Shown here: positions 47,018 to 56,992 of the stretch, one piece after another
Position numbering within the stretch: the first letter of the stretch is position 1
How the letters are laid out: each line of letters starts with the position of its first letter
Source: an uncultured Gemmatimonadota bacterium
GTDB taxonomy: Bacteria > Gemmatimonadota > Gemmatimonadetes > Palauibacterales > Palauibacteraceae
DNA: 59,476 nt
Reading direction: 5' to 3'
Assembly: GCA_964613475.1 (NCBI GenBank)
Contig: CAZTGV010000001.1
Coordinates: 1-59,476, forward strand
Program-made: the position numbers and the translations under genes
The notes under the pieces: model-generated
Databases searched by the model: none
Told to the model about the DNA's origin: nothing
What the model saw: only the letters and a program-made list of their open reading frames with translations

Positions 47018-48138
47018 TGGCGACCCGCGCCAAGGACCACTACGACACGCTCGGCGTCGCGGAGAACGCCTCCCAGGAAGAGATCAAGAAGGCCTACCGC
47101 GGGCTCGCCAAGAAGTACCATCCGGACGCGAACCCCGACGATCCGAGCGCCGAGCAGCGCTTCAAGGAGGTGTCGGAGGCGTACCGCGTCCTGTCGGACC
47201 CGGACCGGCGGAAGCAGTACGATCAGATCCGGAAGTACGGCGGGTTCGGCGGCATGGGCTTTCGGCCGCGCGGCGGTCCGGCGGGAGCCGGCCGGGCCGG
47301 CCGCGAAGGCGCCGGCGGCTTTCGCTTCGAGGACCTGTCGGACCTCGGTGGCCTGGGCGACGTCTTCAGCTCGATCTTCGACTTCGGCCGGAGGGGTCAG
47401 AAGCGCGAGGGGCCGCGACGCGGACGCAACGTCGAATACCTGGTGGAAGTGCCGCTCAAGGTGGCGGCCCGCGGCGGGAAGATCCGGGTCTCCGTGCCCA
47501 TGAGCGAGGAGTGCGCCACCTGCGACGGCGCCGGGGTGGCGCCGGGCGGCACCCTCCAGACCTGTCCCGAGTGCGACGGGAAGGGCACCGTCACCTTCGG
47601 GCAGGGAAGCTTCGCCGTGAGCCGTCCATGCCCGAACTGCATGGGGCGCGGCCAGATCCCGACCCCGCCGTGTCCCACCTGCAACGGGACAGGCCAGGTC
47701 CGGACGCGCAGGAAGATCAGCGTCCGCGTCCCCGCCGGCGTGGACACCGGCTCCAGGCTGCGGATCCCCTCCCAGGGAGAGCGAGGGCCGCAGGGCGGCC
47801 CCCCGGGCGACCTGATCATCCGCTTCCGGGTGAAGGACGACCCCTTCTTCACCCGCGACGGGCTGGATCTGATCGCCGAGGTGCCCATCAACATCGCCCA
47901 GGCGGTGCTGGGCTCGCGCATCCGGGTTCGGACCGTCGATGGCAAGAAAGTGGTGCTCCGCATCCCGCCGGGGACGCAGAGCGGGACCACCTTCCGGATC
48001 CGCGGCCAGGGGGTCCAGAAGGATTCGACGCGTGGCGATCAGCTCGTGCGGGTGACGGTCACCACCCCGGACGAGCTCTCGGAGGAGGGGCGGCGGCTCA
48101 CGGAGGAGCTCGCGCGCACGGAGGGGCTCAAGTACTGA
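47017..48138 (+). CDS. dnaJ: Molecular chaperone DnaJ
   Basis: J domain with HPD, G/F region, four CxxCxGxG repeats, GPPGDL. Confidence 0.97.
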   Translation: MATRAKDHYDTLGVAENASQEEIKKAYRGLAKKYHPDANPDDPSAEQRFKEVSEAYRVLSDPDRRKQYDQIRKYGGFGGMGFRPRGGPAGAGRAGREGAGGFRFEDLSDLGGLGDVFSSIFDFGRRGQKREGPRRGRNVEYLVEVPLKVAARGGKIRVSVPMSEECATCDGAGVAPGGTLQTCPECDGKGTVTFGQGSFAVSRPCPNCMGRGQIPTPPCPTCNGTGQVRTRRKISVRVPAGVDTGSRLRIPSQGERGPQGGPPGDLIIRFRVKDDPFFTRDGLDLIAEVPINIAQAVLGSRIRVRTVDGKKVVLRIPPGTQSGTTFRIRGQGVQKDSTRGDQLVRVTVTTPDELSEEGRRLTEELARTEGLKY

Positions 48139-48154
48139 GCGGCCTCGCGGCGGC

Positions 48155-49351
48155 CTACGCGATCACCCCGCCGCCCAGGACGACCTCGTCCCGGTAGAGC
48201 ACCGCGCTCTGGCCGGGGGTGACCGCGCGGCGAGGGGCCGCGAGGTCGAGCGAGAAGCCGTCCTCGCCGGCGCGGAGGACCGTGCCATCCACGATCGGCG
48301 CGCCGTGTCGGATCCGGACGCCCACCGTCTCTCCCGGCTCCGGACGGGGAGCGAGCCAGTTCGCCTTCACGGCCTCGACGCGCGTGGTGGCGAGCGCCTC
48401 CCGGGGGCCGATCACCACCGCGCGGTCCTCGGGGCGGATCTCGACCACGTACATCGCCTCCGGGAAGCCGCCGGGCAGGCCCTTCCGCTGCCCGACGGTG
48501 AAGTGCGCGTAGCCCTCGTGCGTCCCCGCCTCGCGGCCGTCCTCGAGCAGGAAAGGGCCGCGGGCGAGGGCGGGGTGGTCCTCGCCGAGGTAGCGGCGGA
48601 GCACGCCGGCGTAGTCGTTGTCCGGGACGAAGCAGATCTCGAAGGACTCGGGTTTCTCGGCGACCGACAGCTCGAGCTCCCGGGCCATCGCGCGCACGGC
48701 CGGCTTCTCGATCTCCCCGATCGGGAGGACCAGGCGGTCCAGGACGTCTCGCGGGATGCCCCACAGGAAGTAGGTCTGGTCCTTCCGGTCATCCTCGGCC
48801 CGGCACAGGGCGGCCCGGCCGTCCGCCGGCGCCCCGGCCCGTCTCCGGGCGCCGTCCGGCCTCACCCCACCCTCCCCCCCATCCGGCCCGGAGTCCTGCC
48901 CCCCGCGGCGGATCCGCGCGTAGTGGCCGGTCGCCAGGTAGTCGCAGCCGAGGGCGTCGGCGCGCCGCAGGAGGTCGCGGAACTTGGTGAAGCTGTTGCA
49001 CCGCACGCAGGGGATGGGCGTCCGGCCGGCCGCGTACTCGGAGACGAAGTCCTCGATGACGTCGCGAGTGAACGCCTCCTCCACGTCGTAGACGAAGTGC
49101 GGGATCCCGAGCCGCGCCGCCACCGACTTCGCGTCGGCGATCCCCTCCAGGCCGCAGCAGGAGCGGGCCGGCCCCTCCACCTCCGAGTAGCAGAAGGTCT
49201 TCATGGTGACGCCGACGGCGCGGAAGCCCATGGCGTGCAGCACCGCGGCGGTCACGCTCGAGTCCACGCCGCCGGACATGGCCACCAGGACGGCCGCCCC
49301 CGACGGCGCGGACCGCGCCCAAGCCGGGGCCCCGCTCGCGGGAGCGATCAC
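48155..49351 (-). CDS. mnmA: tRNA 2-thiouridine(34) synthase MnmA
   Basis: [60 protein letters not shown]. Confidence 0.96.
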   Translation of the reverse strand: MIAPASGAPAWARSAPSGAAVLVAMSGGVDSSVTAAVLHAMGFRAVGVTMKTFCYSEVEGPARSCCGLEGIADAKSVAARLGIPHFVYDVEEAFTRDVIEDFVSEYAAGRTPIPCVRCNSFTKFRDLLRRADALGCDYLATGHYARIRRGGQDSGPDGGEGGVRPDGARRRAGAPADGRAALCRAEDDRKDQTYFLWGIPRDVLDRLVLPIGEIEKPAVRAMARELELSVAEKPESFEICFVPDNDYAGVLRRYLGEDHPALARGPFLLEDGREAGTHEGYAHFTVGQRKGLPGGFPEAMYVVEIRPEDRAVVIGPREALATTRVEAVKANWLAPRPEPGETVGVRIRHGAPIVDGTVLRAGEDGFSLDLAAPRRAVTPGQSAVLYRDEVVLGGGVIA

Positions 49352-49376
49352 GGTCTCGCCTTCCGTCCTCGCGCGC

Positions 49377-50567
49377 TCAGGCGGCCGTGCCCATGAGGCG
49401 CGCGCAGGCGCGGACCGTCGCTTCCGCGGCCCGCTCCACGTGCGCCCGCGTGGTGGCCGGCCCCATGCTGAAGCGGAGCGCCGCGTAGTCCTCGTCCTGG
49501 CCGATCCCCATCGCCTCGAGCACGTGCGAGCCCCCCGAGGCGCCGCTGCTGCACGCCGAGCCGCCCGAGACCGCGATCCCCGACATGTCGAGCGTCACCA
49601 GCAGGGTCGCCGCGTCGCAGTCGGGAATGCCGATGCTGAGGACGTTCGGCAGCCGCTCGGGCGCACCCTCGCCATGGATCCGCACGTCCGGCACGCCGGC
49701 GCGGAGCCGCTCGGCGAGCGCGTCCCGCAGCCCGCGCAGCCGCGCCGCCTCCTCCTCGCGCTCCTCGACCGCCAGCCGGGCGGCGGTGGCGAAGCCGACC
49801 GCGCCGAGGGGGTTCTGGGTGCCGGGCCATACCCCCCGCTCCTGCGAGCCGCCGTAGGTGAGCGGCTCCAGCGCCACCCCCTTCCGCCGGTAGAGCAGGC
49901 CGATCCCCACCGGGCCGCCCACCTTGTGGGCCGTGATGGTGAGCAGGTCCGCCGGCGCCCCCTGCACGGTCACCGGCAGCTTGCCGAACGCCTGCACGGC
50001 GTCGGTGTGGAAGCGCGCCCCGCGCGCCCGCGCCCGCTCGGCCGCCTCGGCCACCGGCTGAACCGTGCCCACCTCGTTGTTCGCCCACATGAGCGATACC
50101 AGGGTGGGCGCGCCGTCCCCCTCGTCCAGAGCCCGGTCCAGCGCGTCCAGCTCCACCGTCCCGTCCGCATCCACCGGCAGCGGGACGACCTCCGCGCCCT
50201 CCTCCCTCGCGCGCTCGGCCGCCCCTATACAGGCCTTGTGCTCAATGGACGAGACCAGGACGCGCGGCGGGCGCCCGCCGTCCCGATGGGCCCGCACGAA
50301 GCCGAGGATGGCCAGGTTGTCCGACTGGGTGCCGCCGCCGGTGAAGAAGACCTCGGCGCGCCCGGCGCCCAGGATCTCCGCCAGCGTCCCTCGCGACTCC
50401 TCGAGGCAGGCGTTGGCGCGCCGCCCGAAGGCGTGCGCGCTGGCGGGGTTGAAGCAGCGGTCCCGCGCCTCCTCCATGGCCGCCCACACCTCCGGACGCA
50501 AGGGCGCCGTGGCCGCGTAGTCCAGGTACACGGCCTCCGTCTCCGGTCCGTCGCTCCAGCTCGGCAT
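49377..50567 (-). CDS. iscS: Cysteine desulfurase (group I, IscS/NifS-like)
   Basis: [38 protein letters not shown] (PLP Lys), SGGSACSSG. Confidence 0.94.
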   Translation of the reverse strand: MPSWSDGPETEAVYLDYAATAPLRPEVWAAMEEARDRCFNPASAHAFGRRANACLEESRGTLAEILGAGRAEVFFTGGGTQSDNLAILGFVRAHRDGGRPPRVLVSSIEHKACIGAAERAREEGAEVVPLPVDADGTVELDALDRALDEGDGAPTLVSLMWANNEVGTVQPVAEAAERARARGARFHTDAVQAFGKLPVTVQGAPADLLTITAHKVGGPVGIGLLYRRKGVALEPLTYGGSQERGVWPGTQNPLGAVGFATAARLAVEEREEEAARLRGLRDALAERLRAGVPDVRIHGEGAPERLPNVLSIGIPDCDAATLLVTLDMSGIAVSGGSACSSGASGGSHVLEAMGIGQDEDYAALRFSMGPATTRAHVERAAEATVRACARLMGTAA

Positions 50568-50729
50568 GGCGCCTCCTCGGGTGGGTCCGCGTGGGCTCCT
50601 ATCCGCCCGGACGCGGGAGGTTCCGGCACTCCTTTTCCGCTCCGTGCCGGCGGCCTATGTTCGAAGGCCCCGTACACTACGAGCGTCGGTTTTCGGACCG
50701 CAACCAGTTCGGCCGCGACCAGGAGGATC

Positions 50730-51077
50730 ATGGATCACGCCCGGCACCGCCTCGCGTCCCTCGCTCCCCCCGCCGCCTCCCTCTTCCGCGCCACCGTCCA
50801 CGGACTCGCCTTCGCCGACCGGACCCGCCACCTGGAAGGCCTTCGCCCGCGGGAGGCTCTCCTGCTCATCCCGGACCCGCCGGGGCGCGAGCCGGAGCAG
50901 GTCTGGGTCCACGTGGAGGGCGGCGATCCGGTGGGCCATCTGCCGGACGAGATCGGGCGCTGGCTGGCCCCCTGGATGCGGGGTGGCGGGCGCGCCCTGG
51001 CGCGGGTGCTCCGCATCGGGGACGAGACCGTCCCGAGCTGGAAGCGCCTGCTGATCGAGGTGCGCTGCCTGGCCTGA
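50730..51077 (+). CDS. Stand-alone HIRAN-like domain protein
   Basis: AGGAGG RBS; FRATVHGLAF, L..REALLLIPD, VWVH..G.PVGHLP, RWLAPWMRGG resemble the HIRAN pattern. Confidence 0.62.
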   Translation: MDHARHRLASLAPPAASLFRATVHGLAFADRTRHLEGLRPREALLLIPDPPGREPEQVWVHVEGGDPVGHLPDEIGRWLAPWMRGGGRALARVLRIGDETVPSWKRLLIEVRCLA

Positions 51078-51078
51078 T

Positions 51079-51813
51079 CTACATGGAGCGGACGGAGAGG
51101 GCGGTGATGTCGTCCACCGCCACCGTCTCCTCGGTCCAGAACGGCTCCCCGTAGGGCTCGCGGATCAGCGAGCCGTAGTGGCGGCTCTGCGTCTCCACCC
51201 GCTCGTAGAGCGGCTGTCCGGTCGGGAAGATCTCGCCGGCGGCCGTCTTGCCCTCGAACTGCGAGGCGTAGCAGCGGACCGCCTCCATCTTCCTGCGGAA
51301 CTGATCCCGGCTCAGCGGGACCACGAACGTCGGCTTCACCGGGTCCTCCCGGTAGGCGAGCGCGTAGAGCACCTTCTCCGGCCGCGCGGCCGGTCCGCCC
51401 TCCCAGTTCTTCAGCCCGGCCAGGAAGCAGGCGTCGCGGCCCAGCTCGGCGGCGATCCGGTGGTCGGGGTGACGCCCTCGCGGGAAGGGGAGGATCACCA
51501 CCCGCGGCCGCAGGCGGCGGATGCGGGCGGCCAGCGCCGCGCGGGTCTCGGCCGTGTTGAACAGCCCGGCGTCCGGCAGTCCGGCGTTCTCCCGCACCGA
51601 CACCCCCAGCACCTCGGCCGCGCGGGCCGCCTCGTCCGCCCGCGCCTCCGGCGTCCCGCGGCTCGCCGTCTCCCCGCGGGTGAGGTCCAGGATGCCCGTG
51701 CGGTGCCCCGCCTCGGCGCAGCGCGCCAGGGTGCCGCCGCAGGTGAGCTCGGCGTCGTCGGGGTGGGCGGCGATGGCCAGCACGTCCACCCGGTCTCCGT
51801 CCGGTCCGCTCAT
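51079..51813 (-). CDS. bshB1: Bacillithiol biosynthesis deacetylase BshB1 (PIG-L family)
   Basis: AHPDDAELTCGGT, DLTRGETASRG, RHPDH, KMEAVRCYASQF, YG..I...YGEPF. Confidence 0.85.
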   Translation of the reverse strand: MSGPDGDRVDVLAIAAHPDDAELTCGGTLARCAEAGHRTGILDLTRGETASRGTPEARADEAARAAEVLGVSVRENAGLPDAGLFNTAETRAALAARIRRLRPRVVILPFPRGRHPDHRIAAELGRDACFLAGLKNWEGGPAARPEKVLYALAYREDPVKPTFVVPLSRDQFRRKMEAVRCYASQFEGKTAAGEIFPTGQPLYERVETQSRHYGSLIREPYGEPFWTEETVAVDDITALSVRSM

Positions 51814-51910
51814 CGGCCTCCTCCGGAAGCTCCGCCTTCCGACTCCCCTCGCGCCGAACGGCTCCTCGCGGACCCCCGGCCGGCCGGCGCCGCGCCCCGC
51901 GCCGGGGGCG

Positions 51911-53314
51911 TCATTCGTAGCGCAGCGCCTCCACCGGGTCCAGCCGGGCCGCCCGGGCCGCCGGGTAGAGGCCGAAGCCGATCCCGGTCAGCGCCGCGGC
52001 CAGGAGCGCCGCCACCACGGACCACATCGGCACCTCGGCCGGCACCGGCGTCCAGGTGGTGAGCGCGTAGACGATCCCGCCGCCCGCCAGCAGTCCGGCC
52101 GCGCCCCCCAGCAGCGTCAGGGTCGACGCCTCCACCAGGAACTGCCACAGGATGTCCGTCCGGGTGGCGCCGGTCGCCTTGCGAAGGCCGATCTCCCGAG
52201 TCCGCTCGGTCACCGAGATCATCATGATCCCGATCACCCCCACGCCGCCGACCAGGAGCCCCACCCCGGAGAGGGCGATCATCACCGAGAAGAGAACGGC
52301 CGTCAGGTTGTTCCACAGGCCGAAGATCTCGTCCTGGGTGAGCACCTCGAAGTCGTCCGGCTGTCCGGGCCGCAGCCCGCGCAGCTGGCGCATGCGCGCG
52401 TGGACGAGGTCCACGGCGCGGTCCAGCCGCACCCCCATCTCCGGCCGCACGACGAGGCTGACGGCCCGGTCCCACAGCGGCAGGTACTTGTCCGTGGAGG
52501 AGAAGGGGAGGAGCACGTAGTGCGAGGCGATGCCCGCGAACAGGTTGTCCGGAGGCCGGTAGACGCCCACCACCCGGAACGGCGCGGAGGCGCCCGCCAC
52601 CAGCCCGATCCGCACGGTCCGACCGATCGGATCGCGGCCGGGGAAGAGGTCGGCCGCCGTCGCCGAGTCGATGACCGCCACCGCGGCTCGTCGCCGCTCC
52701 TCGGCCGCCGTGAAGAAGCGGCCGTCCAGGATCTCGCCGTTGTCGATCTCCAGGAAATCGGCGTTCACCGCGGCGAGGGTGATGAGCGCCCGCTGCCCGC
52801 CGGCCACCGCCTCGAAGCTCAGGAAGCTGAGGTCGGCGACCGGGGAGGCGCTGCGGATCCCCGGAAGCCGGGCGAGCTCCGAGGCGAACGCCGGGTCGAC
52901 CGGAGGCCGCCGCATGAACTCCTGCTCTTCCTCCTCCAGCCCCGTCTGCGGCTGTGCCTCGAAGGTCGCGTGCGCCACGTAGAAGGTGGTGGGCCCGCGC
53001 GAGGCGATCATCTCGGTGAAGCTGCGGTTCACCCCCTGGATCACCGCGGCCATCACCATCACGACCAGCACGCCGATCGTCACCCCCAGGATGGTCAGTC
53101 CGCTGCGGACCTTGTTGGCCCGCAGCGCGTCGAAGGCGATCGCCACCCCCTCGAGGAGCATGGCCAGGAAGCCGACGACCCTGCGGCGGCGCCGGTCGCC
53201 GAGACGGGTCGAGCCACGCCCGCCGCCGTCCAGCGGCGAGCCACGCCCCCTGCCGCCCACCGGCGACCCCCGACCCACGCCGCCCGCGTCGCGCCCGCCG
53301 CCCGCCGCGCTCAT
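51911..53314 (-). CDS. MacB-type ABC transporter permease (copy 2); alternative start ATG53161
   Basis: LRANKVRSGLTILGVTIG, GRFF, VGGVGVIGIMMISVTERTREIGLRKATGA, PAARAARLDPVEALRYE; ATGA overlap with the upstream permease. Confidence 0.93.
   Translation of the reverse strand: MSAAGGGRDAGGVGRGSPVGGRGRGSPLDGGGRGSTRLGDRRRRRVVGFLAMLLEGVAIAFDALRANKVRSGLTILGVTIGVLVVMVMAAVIQGVNRSFTEMIASRGPTTFYVAHATFEAQPQTGLEEEEQEFMRRPPVDPAFASELARLPGIRSASPVADLSFLSFEAVAGGQRALITLAAVNADFLEIDNGEILDGRFFTAAEERRRAAVAVIDSATAADLFPGRDPIGRTVRIGLVAGASAPFRVVGVYRPPDNLFAGIASHYVLLPFSSTDKYLPLWDRAVSLVVRPEMGVRLDRAVDLVHARMRQLRGLRPGQPDDFEVLTQDEIFGLWNNLTAVLFSVMIALSGVGLLVGGVGVIGIMMISVTERTREIGLRKATGATRTDILWQFLVEASTLTLLGGAAGLLAGGGIVYALTTWTPVPAEVPMWSVVAALLAAALTGIGFGLYPAARAARLDPVEALRYE
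53211..53291. repeat. Three degenerate 27-bp tandem units encoding 9-aa xxxGGxGRGS-like repeats in the permease N-terminal extension
   Basis: GAGCCACGCCCGCCGCCGTCCAGCGGC / GAGCCACGCCCCCTGCCGCCCACCGGC / GACCCCCGACCCACGCCGCCCGCGTCG. Confidence 0.65.
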
Positions 53315-54555
53315 TCGTGCCGCAGCGCCTCGATCGGGTCCAGCCGGGCGGCCCGGTAGGCGGGATACAGCCCCGAGGCGATCCCGACCACCAGGCCCAG
53401 CGCCAGGGCGAGCGCGACGGCCGGCGCCGATACCGCCGCCGGGACCGGCGACACGGCGGAGACGAGCCACGCCAGGCCCACGCCGCCGAGGATCCCGGCC
53501 GCCGCCCCCACCAGGGAGAGAACGGAGGACTCGGCGAGGAACTGGAGGAGGATGTCCCGCTGCCGGGCCCCGATCGCCTTGCGGATGCCGATCTCCCGCG
53601 TCCGCTCGGCGACCGAGAGGAGCATGATGTTCATGATCACGATCCCGCCCACCACCAGGGCCACCGAGACGAGGCCCGGCAGGGCCGTCATCAGCACCCG
53701 GTTGATCGCATCCCAGGCGCTCAGCAGGCCGCTCGAGGTCTGGATGTGGAAGTCGTTGTCCTGTGAGGGCCGCAGCCGCCGATCGGCCCGCAGCGCGCCC
53801 TCGGCGGCGTAGATCGCCGGCTGCAGCGCCTCCGCGCGGTCGACCTTGACCTGGATCTCCCGCACCTCCTGGCGGCGCGTGGCCATCGTCTGCTGGTAGG
53901 TGGTGAACGGGACGACCACCGTGGCGTCCCGGATGTTGCCGAGCAGCCCGCCCTGCCGCTCGAACACGCCGATGACCGTGAATCGCTCGCCGCCGAGGCG
54001 GATCGGCCGCCCGAGGGGCGTGCCGGTCGGGAAGAGCCGGTCGGCGATCTCCGCCCCGATCACCGCCACCTTGAGCCCGCGGCGATGGTCGAGCGGCGCC
54101 AGCGTCCGCCCCCGCTCCACGCTCCACCCGACCAGGGGCAGGTAGGCCTCCGAGCCCCCCATCACCCGGATGTTGCGGCGACGCCGCTGGCCGTGTCGCA
54201 CCTCCGGCAGGCTCCGGCCCGCCGCGTAGGCGAAGTGGAGCGCCTCGGGGACGGCCTCTCGGACGACCTCGACGTCGCGCAGCGTGAGGGGCGGGTTGCG
54301 AGCCTGCCGCCGCAGCTCCGCCTGCGACTGCGGACCGGTGACGACCTGGGTGCGCCGCAGGACTGTGAAGGTGTTGACGCCGGCGATCGCGCCGCCGAAG
54401 TCCTCGCGCACGTACCGGTCCACCCCCTCCACCAGCGTGATGACCGCGATCAGGAAGGTGATCCCGATGACGACCCCGAGGACGACGAAGGTGGACTTCA
54501 GCTTCTGCGCCCGAATCTGGGCGAGGGCCAGCTTGAGCCCTTCGAGCGGGCGCAC
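53311..54555 (-). CDS. MacB-type ABC transporter permease (copy 1)
   Basis: IRAQKLKS..LGVVIG, VGGIVIMNIMLLSVAERTREIGIRKAIGA, YPAYRAARLDPIEALRHE. Confidence 0.94.
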   Translation of the reverse strand: MRPLEGLKLALAQIRAQKLKSTFVVLGVVIGITFLIAVITLVEGVDRYVREDFGGAIAGVNTFTVLRRTQVVTGPQSQAELRRQARNPPLTLRDVEVVREAVPEALHFAYAAGRSLPEVRHGQRRRRNIRVMGGSEAYLPLVGWSVERGRTLAPLDHRRGLKVAVIGAEIADRLFPTGTPLGRPIRLGGERFTVIGVFERQGGLLGNIRDATVVVPFTTYQQTMATRRQEVREIQVKVDRAEALQPAIYAAEGALRADRRLRPSQDNDFHIQTSSGLLSAWDAINRVLMTALPGLVSVALVVGGIVIMNIMLLSVAERTREIGIRKAIGARQRDILLQFLAESSVLSLVGAAAGILGGVGLAWLVSAVSPVPAAVSAPAVALALALGLVVGIASGLYPAYRAARLDPIEALRHE

Positions 54556-54573
54556 CCCTGCGGCCTCCCTCGC

Positions 54574-55383
54574 CTAGACCCCGGCGGGCGCCGCGATCCT
54601 GGCGTCGTGGGACTCGACGAGGCCGTCCCGGAGGGTGATGACCCGCTCGGCGCGCCCCGCGATCTCGTACTCGTGCGTCACCATGATGATGGTCTGCCCC
54701 TCGGCCTTCAGGGCGTTGAACACGGCCATGATCTCGGTCGAGGTCGCCGAGTCGAGGTTTCCGGTCGGCTCGTCGGCCAGGAGAATGGACGGCTGGTTCA
54801 CCAGCGCCCGGGCGATCGCCACCCGCTGACGCTGCCCGCCCGAGAGCTCGTTGGGCCGGTGGTCCATCCGGTCGGCCAGCCCCACCTGCCGCAGCGCCTC
54901 GGCCGCGCGCCGCTGGCGCTCCCTGGAGGCGATGCCCGCGTAGATGAGCGGCAGCTCCACGTTGTGCAGCGCGGTGGCCCGGGGAAGCAGGTTGAAGGTC
55001 TGGAAGACGAAGCCGATCTCGCGGTTCCGGATCCGCGCCAGCTCGTCGTCCCCCAGGTCCTGGACCGGCTGGCCGTTCAGCACGTACTCGCCGGCGGTGG
55101 GCGTGTCCAGGCAGCCGATCAGGTTCATCAGGGTGGACTTGCCCGATCCCGAAGGCCCCATGATCGCCACATACTCGTTGCGGGCGATCTCGAGGTCCAC
55201 GCCGCGCAGCGCGCGGACGACCTCGGCGCCCATCTCGTAGTCCTTGGTGAGGCCCCGGGTCCGGATGATCGGCTGGATCCCGCCCTCCGCGGACCGCCCC
55301 GGCGCGTCGCCCCTCGACTCCATCGAGCCCGTCTCCTCGCTCCGTGTCTCCGGGATCCGACTGTCCACGTCCACCGGCCTCAC
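54574..55383 (-). CDS. ABC transporter ATP-binding protein (MacB/LolD-like)
   Basis: [40 protein letters not shown]. Start uncertain. Confidence 0.95.
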   Translation of the reverse strand: MRPVDVDSRIPETRSEETGSMESRGDAPGRSAEGGIQPIIRTRGLTKDYEMGAEVVRALRGVDLEIARNEYVAIMGPSGSGKSTLMNLIGCLDTPTAGEYVLNGQPVQDLGDDELARIRNREIGFVFQTFNLLPRATALHNVELPLIYAGIASRERQRRAAEALRQVGLADRMDHRPNELSGGQRQRVAIARALVNQPSILLADEPTGNLDSATSTEIMAVFNALKAEGQTIIMVTHEYEIAGRAERVITLRDGLVESHDARIAAPAGV

Positions 55384-56705
55384 GGGGAGGCGGGCTCGGC
55401 CCCGTCCCGACCCGCCACGCCGCGGCCGGCGGCGCCGGCCGTGTCCGCCCGGCTCACCCGGACGCGCGCGCCGTCCCGGAGCTCCCGGATCGCCTGGTAG
55501 GGTCCGGAGACGACCACCTCGCCTTCCTCGAGGCCGGCGAGCACCTCGAAGTGGTTCTCCCCGGCGATCCCGATCTCCAGGGGCCGGAAGCGCGCCTCTT
55601 CGCCGTCCACCACGAACACGCCCTCCAGGTCTCGTCCACCCGCGACGACTCCGCGCCGCTCGTCGGGGACGTCCTCGGCCGGCAGCGCCTCCACCTGGTC
55701 CGCCGGGACCAGGGTGAGCGCGGTGATCGGCACCGCCAGCGCCTGCCGGCGGGTGGCGGTCACGATGTCGGCCGTCGCCGACAGGTCGGGTCGGATCCCG
55801 GGCGGCGGTTCGGCGAGGGTGATGCGCACCTCGAAGTCCACCGCGCGCTCGCTTCCCGTCCCGCCGGTCCCGGTCTGGCCCTGCGCGCTCCGCGGCTGTA
55901 GAGCCCCCGTGCCGACCTTGCTCACCCGGCCGGGAAAGCGCCGGCCCGGAAAGGCGTCGATCTCGACGAAGGCCGAATCGCCGGCCGACACGGCGGGGAT
56001 GTCCGTCTCGTCGACTTCGATCACCGCCTCCATGACCGAAAGGTCCGAGATCGTCATGAGCAGCGGGTCCAGGAAGCCGCCCTGGATGACGGTCTCCCCC
56101 GCCTCCACGTCGAGGCGCGTGACGCGGCCCGCCATCGGCGAACGGATCACCGTCTTGTCCAGTCGGTCGCGCGCCTCGCGGAGCGCGGCTTCGGCCTGCT
56201 CGACCGAGTGCTCCGCGGCCCGCCAGAGCGCCCGCTGCACCTCCGCCTCGGTGACCGCCCGCTCCACCTCCTGATCCGTGACGAGGTCCGGGGTGGCCTC
56301 CTTCAGCCGCCGGAAGCGGTCCGCGTCACGCTCCGTCTGCTGGTAGGCGGCCCGCGCCTGCGATTCCCGGGCGCGCGCCTCCGCCACGGAGGCGGAGGCC
56401 CGCTGGACCGCCGCCTCGTGCTGCGTGGGATCCAGGACCACCAGGAGGTCGCCTTCCCCCACGTCCTGTCCCTCGTCGACCGGCAGCCGGACGATGCGGC
56501 CGGGCACTTCGGCCCGGAGCTCGACCCGTCGCTTCGCCTCGATGTGTCCGGTGGCGGAGACGCGGGCGACGAGGTCGCGGCGCTGCACGGCCTCGGCGCG
56601 CACCTCGACGCCGCCGCCCCGGTCCTCGCGGAGCGCCAGGACGGCCAGGACCGCCAGTCCCAGCACCACCCCGACCCCGATCAGGACCTTCTTCCTCGTC
56701 GTCAC
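55380..56705 (-). CDS. Efflux periplasmic adaptor / membrane-fusion protein (MacA/HlyD-like)
   Basis: N-terminal TM, lipoyl halves ([11 protein letters not shown] / IRSPMAGRV), coiled hairpin, [15 protein letters not shown]-like motif. Confidence 0.93.
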   Translation of the reverse strand: MTTRKKVLIGVGVVLGLAVLAVLALREDRGGGVEVRAEAVQRRDLVARVSATGHIEAKRRVELRAEVPGRIVRLPVDEGQDVGEGDLLVVLDPTQHEAAVQRASASVAEARARESQARAAYQQTERDADRFRRLKEATPDLVTDQEVERAVTEAEVQRALWRAAEHSVEQAEAALREARDRLDKTVIRSPMAGRVTRLDVEAGETVIQGGFLDPLLMTISDLSVMEAVIEVDETDIPAVSAGDSAFVEIDAFPGRRFPGRVSKVGTGALQPRSAQGQTGTGGTGSERAVDFEVRITLAEPPPGIRPDLSATADIVTATRRQALAVPITALTLVPADQVEALPAEDVPDERRGVVAGGRDLEGVFVVDGEEARFRPLEIGIAGENHFEVLAGLEEGEVVVSGPYQAIRELRDGARVRVSRADTAGAAGRGVAGRDGAEPASP

Positions 56706-56992
56706 GCTCCGCCTCGACCTTCGGTCACGCGCCGCCTCCCCCCCTCACCGCCGCTCCGCCCGGGAACCGGTACGCCGTTCGGCGCGCGCCGGTTTCCCCG
56801 CCACGGGCCATCGCGCCGCCGCGACGATCCGACGGGGCGCGGGGGTTCGGGAAGGGAACAGCTTACGGGCGCCGGACGCTGCACGCGACCGGCCGACACG
56901 GGGGGAAGGACGGGCCGGTCCCCGGCGTGAGCGGGGGCTGCCGGGCCCCGGCCGCGAGGGGGCGACGCGCGGCCGGCCGACGCGACGGGGAC

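Noticed and set aside
50630-50720. LexA/SOS box upstream of the HIRAN-like gene
   Set aside because: GTTC half-sites occur but not in GAAC-N4-GTTC, GTTC-N7-GTTC or CTGT-N8-ACAG arrangements.
56762-56798. GC hairpin (GGGAACCGG..CCGGTTTCCC) upstream of the adaptor gene, and a similar 9-bp hairpin at 31482-31508
   Set aside because: No U-tract or recognisable motif; isolated GC hairpins are common at this base composition.
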